Assembly (NCBI RefSeq): GCF_001194135.2
Contig: NC_068996.1
Location: 34,043,680-34,082,453, forward strand
Origin: Octopus bimaculoides
Lineage: Eukaryota
Length of the DNA: 38,774 nucleotides
Direction: 5' to 3'
The translations under genes and the position numbers were made by a program. The notes beneath the pieces are model-generated. The model searched no databases. It was not told where the DNA came from and saw only the letters and a program-made list of their open reading frames with translations. Shown here in pieces: positions 34,501 to 38,774 of the stretch; the stretch's first letter is position 1, and each line of letters opens with the position of its first letter.

Positions 34501-34785
34501 ATCACTGTTTCTTAAAATAACCCACTCCTCTACTATTTCTAAACCCATCTCAGTTGGTATTACACTTTTTTTTATATCCCCTCATTTTGCTATTCAGCCT
34601 CCAACCCACAACTTGCAGTGTACCTATCATTATATTCATTTCTCTCTCTTGTACCATCCCAACGTTTTCCTCTTTATACCCATATTTAGACCCTCTTGGC
34701 AGTCACTCCAATTCAAGCTGAATCACATTTGCCTTGTAATGAATGGTGAAACAGACTCCTCAGTCATAGTTGCCTGAGTAAAGTG

Positions 34786-34819
34786 GCTGGTGTTTGAATG
34801 GAGACATTCAAACACCAGC
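34786..34819. other. Perfect 15-bp stem hairpin with a GAGA tetraloop
   Basis: gctggtgtttgaatg-gaga-cattcaaacaccagc. Confidence 0.9.
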
Positions 34820-34959
34820 TACTATTTAATCATATCAAATACATGACAACTGCTCTAATACTCTTCTTCTTCATTTTGGTCGTCTCTCAAGGTTGAGAAA
34901 GACAATTCCACAATTTCTTGCTGAATAACCTGCACAGATAATATTGTTTACAGTGACCA

Positions 34960-35146
34960 AATGTTTATGCTATACATTAGTTTATTCCCTCCATCAGATC
35001 GACATTGCATGTACAGTTGCATGGTGTGCAGAGCAATGTGAGGTGAAGTATTTTGTTCATGAGCACAAAGCATCACCTGGTCTGGGAATTGAAACCATGA
35101 CCTTACAATCTTCGGTACAACACCGCTAATCACTAGACCCCATGCT
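34960..35146 (-). mobile_element. tRNA-derived SINE
   Basis: Minus strand has A-box-like TGGGGTCTAGTGA and B-box-like GGTTTCAATTCC, followed by a body typical of mollusc SINEs (tgctcatgaacaaaatacttcacctcacattgctc). Confidence 0.75.
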
Positions 35147-35169
35147 CTCTCTAATATTGGTGCTACAAT

Positions 35170-35335
35170 AAAATACACCCAGCATACTGGTTTGTGAAAG
35201 GAAGGGCATCCAGCCAAAGAAAAATGGAACAAGTGACTTGTCAAAGGCAGTAACTTGAAATTAAAACTAACTCGGACTGTGGTGACCCGTCCAACACATG
35301 CCAGCATAGAAAGCAGGCATAAAACAACTATGAAA
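35170..35335 (+). mobile_element. RTE-type 3' tail fragment
   Basis: ggaagggcatccagcc...cccgtccaacacatgccagcatagaaagcagg, homologous to the reverse complement of 22450-22580. Confidence 0.75.
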
Positions 35336-37644
35336 AAGAAACTTGATTACTTAGTTAAGATCAACTGCTGAAGGAGAAGAAGTAAAAATCTATTGCATCA
35401 CCCAAAAAAACTAATACTTTATCAATGGTAAATAGATGAAAATCTAATGACGGCCTTATCATGATTTGAACCATAAAACTTGTAAATAAAGGAAATAATC
35501 TAGCTTTCAAAATACATTAACAAGTAACCCATTATTTATGGACCAGGATACTTATAAATGTAAAAAGAAAGCGAGACAATTTTAATATTCATAGGGATTG
35601 GGCCAAAATGAGAATTTCTGATTTCTCATCCCCCGTTTGCTTGAAACCACTACATTGTAAGTATTGCATTGTCATTTTGTACTTTAGCACCATGTTTAGG
35701 AGTAAAAATTGGCCAGCATAACTGTTGTTGAAATTACGAGAGTAACAAGTACATTCTTTTTTTTTCAAAGAAATCTTTTTCTCAACTTCGACTCGATTGT
35801 AATCGAGGTTATTAATAAAATATCTGGATAATTTTTGGTGCTTAACAATTAATATTTTTTTCTCTGCTAAATTCCAAGTGAATTTTTTCCTTACACTAAT
35901 GCCATAATTTTCAAGAGAGAGGGAGAGGTCTAAAGTGGGGTAAAATTAATAATGACTTATTTCAATAATTTCTTCTTTAACTACATGGTGTGTAAATATA
36001 TCAGGAAGAAAGCCACTCTAGCAGATTGTGAAGAAGCTATAGAGAATATTTTATGTTGAGTTGTGTTTTGTTATTTCATATCGTGAGTCATTTTTCCATG
36101 ATCTTTCATTTGACCTAGATATTCTAAATTTTTGGTGCATTTCTGATGTCTGAGGATGAACATTGATGTGCATGAGTCTTTTTTCAAATATATTCCTAGA
36201 GAATTGAAGTAGCAAAGTTACCATATTTTGTGTTACTTATTTTGCCTCATCTAAATTATACTCAAAGAGAATGGAAATAATTTTCTGAAACAGTGTTCTG
36301 AATATGCTGTAGTATTTTTGATGCATTTGCTTAGCTGATGTAGGTTTTGTAAGGTAGTGAACATATGTGAAAAATTACTTTTCTCTAAGTCAAAAATGGA
36401 GTAAACATTACTCATTGTGTCCTATTCACCCTGCCTGCTACATTAGTTTTAATACAAAGTCTTCTTTTCTTTCACTATTTCAAGTGCTGATTCAACGAAG
36501 CATATTAAATATTCATAACATAAAGCCGGTTTTACAAGTTCTACACATGTCTGTTCCTGTACTTGTTCTATTAGGTCATTCATTCTTAAACAATCAATAT
36601 GACTTGATCAGAAAGGGAGATATGGATAGGGACAATGACCTTTTTCAATATATCTGAGATTAGTAGGAGAGAAGGGAGTAAGTTAGACTGGAGATTGGTT
36701 TGAATGCTTGCAAGAGTGGACTGAGTTAAAGCACCCATGACCTTTGACAGCAGTGTTGCTGTCAGGATCACTAGAACACTCAGGAGGAGGTAATCGCTGT
36801 TAAACCATTTTTTAAAACTGCTTCTATTGGATGAGAAATTTAGAATCTCTTCAATAGTGTATAATGTAAATAAAATTGTTTTAACTAAAAGATAGCTAAA
36901 AGAAAAAGATTACTGTTTATTCATTCAGTTCAAAGGATACTGAGAAATATAGTTAAATAACTGATCCAATCAGTTTTTGTATAATCTACGCCACATTTCA
37001 TCCATATGGCTTAGTAAAAATAGTTTGCAGGTCACACATTTTAATTAATAATTTACTTAAAAGTCTACTGAAAAGAAATTTCTAAATTTCTCATTTAGAT
37101 TTTAGTCATTTTGAAAAATGGTTGAATTATGATTACTTTCCCCCTTATTCTTCTTTAGATTCTAATAGTAAGGAGTACCTACTCAACATTCAAGTTGGGC
37201 AGTAAAATATGGAAGTCATCAAAATAAGTAAACTCAGAAATAGTAATCATTCAGACAAAAGTCTAAATTGACACATGCTAAATTTATCTTAGATAAGATT
37301 TTCTTTCAAGCTTTCTCACTTGAGTAGGAGAAGATTTTCAAAATATCTTGAGGAATATAAATGAAACAAATAGTGAAAACAAGGAACAAGATAGGTATCT
37401 ACATCATTTCCCATTCAATATGAGAATAATTTCATTCAAAATGAGAATAATTCCAATCAAAATGAGAATATCAAAAATAAGAAGGCAATCTAAAATATAC
37501 AGTATTTTTGCGTCATATTGTTCCATTTATTGTCAATTTATTCACCAAGTTTATTTCTTTACTATTTATTTCCAAAAATCATATTACACACTACAAAAGT
37601 TAAAGCATTGTAGATAACAACAAAATTGATTCAACATAACACTA

Positions 37645-38650
37645 AAATATCACATCATTGAGATTCAATGCATCATCCACATTTGCTTGAATACTTGCAA
37701 TAGAATTTGAGCATGTATTTGGTGTTATTTATTCTATTGCTTCAACAACTAGTTGTTCATGTGCTGTTAGCCTATGCTCCTTAATTGTCAATTCACTATG
37801 TGTTACTGATAAAATATCATGAAGTTTATTCACCAATTCACGTTTGACATAACTTTTCACTATTGACCAAATTTGTTCAATTGGATTGAACATGGGACTG
37901 TAAGGTGCCATTCGTAAAACTTCATGCATTGGAAATCTATCTTCATTAAAAACTTGCTCCATCTCACAATGACATGGGGCATTATCAATTACCATAGTTA
38001 CTGATCTAGCAAATTGACTAAATGCCTTGATTAGGCAACACCTCGTCCATTCTTTGGCATTCTCTTTTTCAAATGAGCCCCATTTGAATTCATAGTGAAC
38101 AAGACCACCATTTCCAATATAGCAAATAATATGAACGTTTGCTCCTTTTGAACCAGCTGCAACTGTTGTGCATCTTGTTCCTCGTGAAGCTTGACCTTCA
38201 CATCTTGAGATATGAATATTAAAATTGCTTTCATCCATAAACAAAATTGGTTTGTTTATGGCTTGATATTCAAGCAAATTTAAGACAAAATTTCTACACT
38301 TATTTTTCTTTTTATATTCTCAAGACAATTTGGTCTTTCAGGTTCATTTCTTACATTTTTCAATGTGTACATCAACGAATCCAAATGCCTAGCGACTGTT
38401 TGCTTTGATATATATTGAGTTCAAATTTCTACCGTACTGTGCTACAAATTTCACCAAGTGTTATTTTAGGATCATTTTCAATTAGTTCAGTAAAATAATT
38501 TTCATGTGCTTCAACTACTTTTGAATAAGTTTTACCACCTCTTTTATCCTCCTTATCTCCTTTGGCAGCTGTCGATTGTGGTACATTCAATTCTGTGGTT
38601 AATCTTCTCCAATCACGGCAAGACTTCCTTTTGTACTCCCCACACACATA
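37645..38650 (-). mobile_element. IS630/Tc1/mariner-superfamily transposase (DDE_3-type, DD35E), frameshifted pseudogene
   Basis: Catalytic motifs FMDESNF, IDNAPCH and YSPMFNPIE, with 35 residues between the second D and E. N-terminal HTH relics ENDPKITLGEIC and ISKQTVARHL lie in other frames. Frameshifts near 38430, 38300 and 37730. Confidence 0.92.
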
Positions 38651-38774
38651 CACAAAACACCCGTTTTTGGCTAAAGAGAATATGAATCTACAGAAAAACT
38701 GGCAAAAATTGGCATTTTGAACCCCCACCCTAATTTCTTCATTTTTAACTTTTTTCAGAAAAAAATTTTTGGCA

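Noticed and set aside
36586-36800. Hydrophobic minus-strand stretch (DYLLLSVLVILTATLLSK) as the upstream TM exon of gene copy 2
   Set aside because: Mediocre splice signals and no matching copy upstream of exon copy 1 in the visible sequence

Overview
AT-rich eukaryotic genomic sequence with many N gaps. The RTE-type (GAT)n tails, SINE types and (TA/TG)n microsatellites suggest a cephalopod, probably Octopus; this is inferred from recalled repeat families, not tested. No complete host gene is visible. One clean 150-nt minus-strand exon of a hydrophobic membrane protein (possibly TP53I11-like) occurs twice, about 32.8 kb apart, inside a diverged direct duplication (1-838 vs 32778-33616). Almost everything else is transposon debris: RTE LINEs, Gypsy LTR-retrotransposon derivatives, a FLYWCH-MULE, pogo, a Mariner MITE, a Hero/R2-like fragment, four Penelope-like pieces, SINEs and an IS630/Tc1-type DD35E transposase. 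The most unusual structure is a GC/CpG-rich composite array at 18.7-19.65 kb, probably continuing through the gaps to about 20.57 kb. It has two adjacent families of 61-62-bp units, each carrying its own hairpin (one with a compensatory base-pair change), and it abuts an LTR-like element. A microhomology-bounded template-switch chimera between two Gypsy lineages sits at 10.72-10.91 kb. All protein family calls come from motif recognition by eye; no database searches were run.
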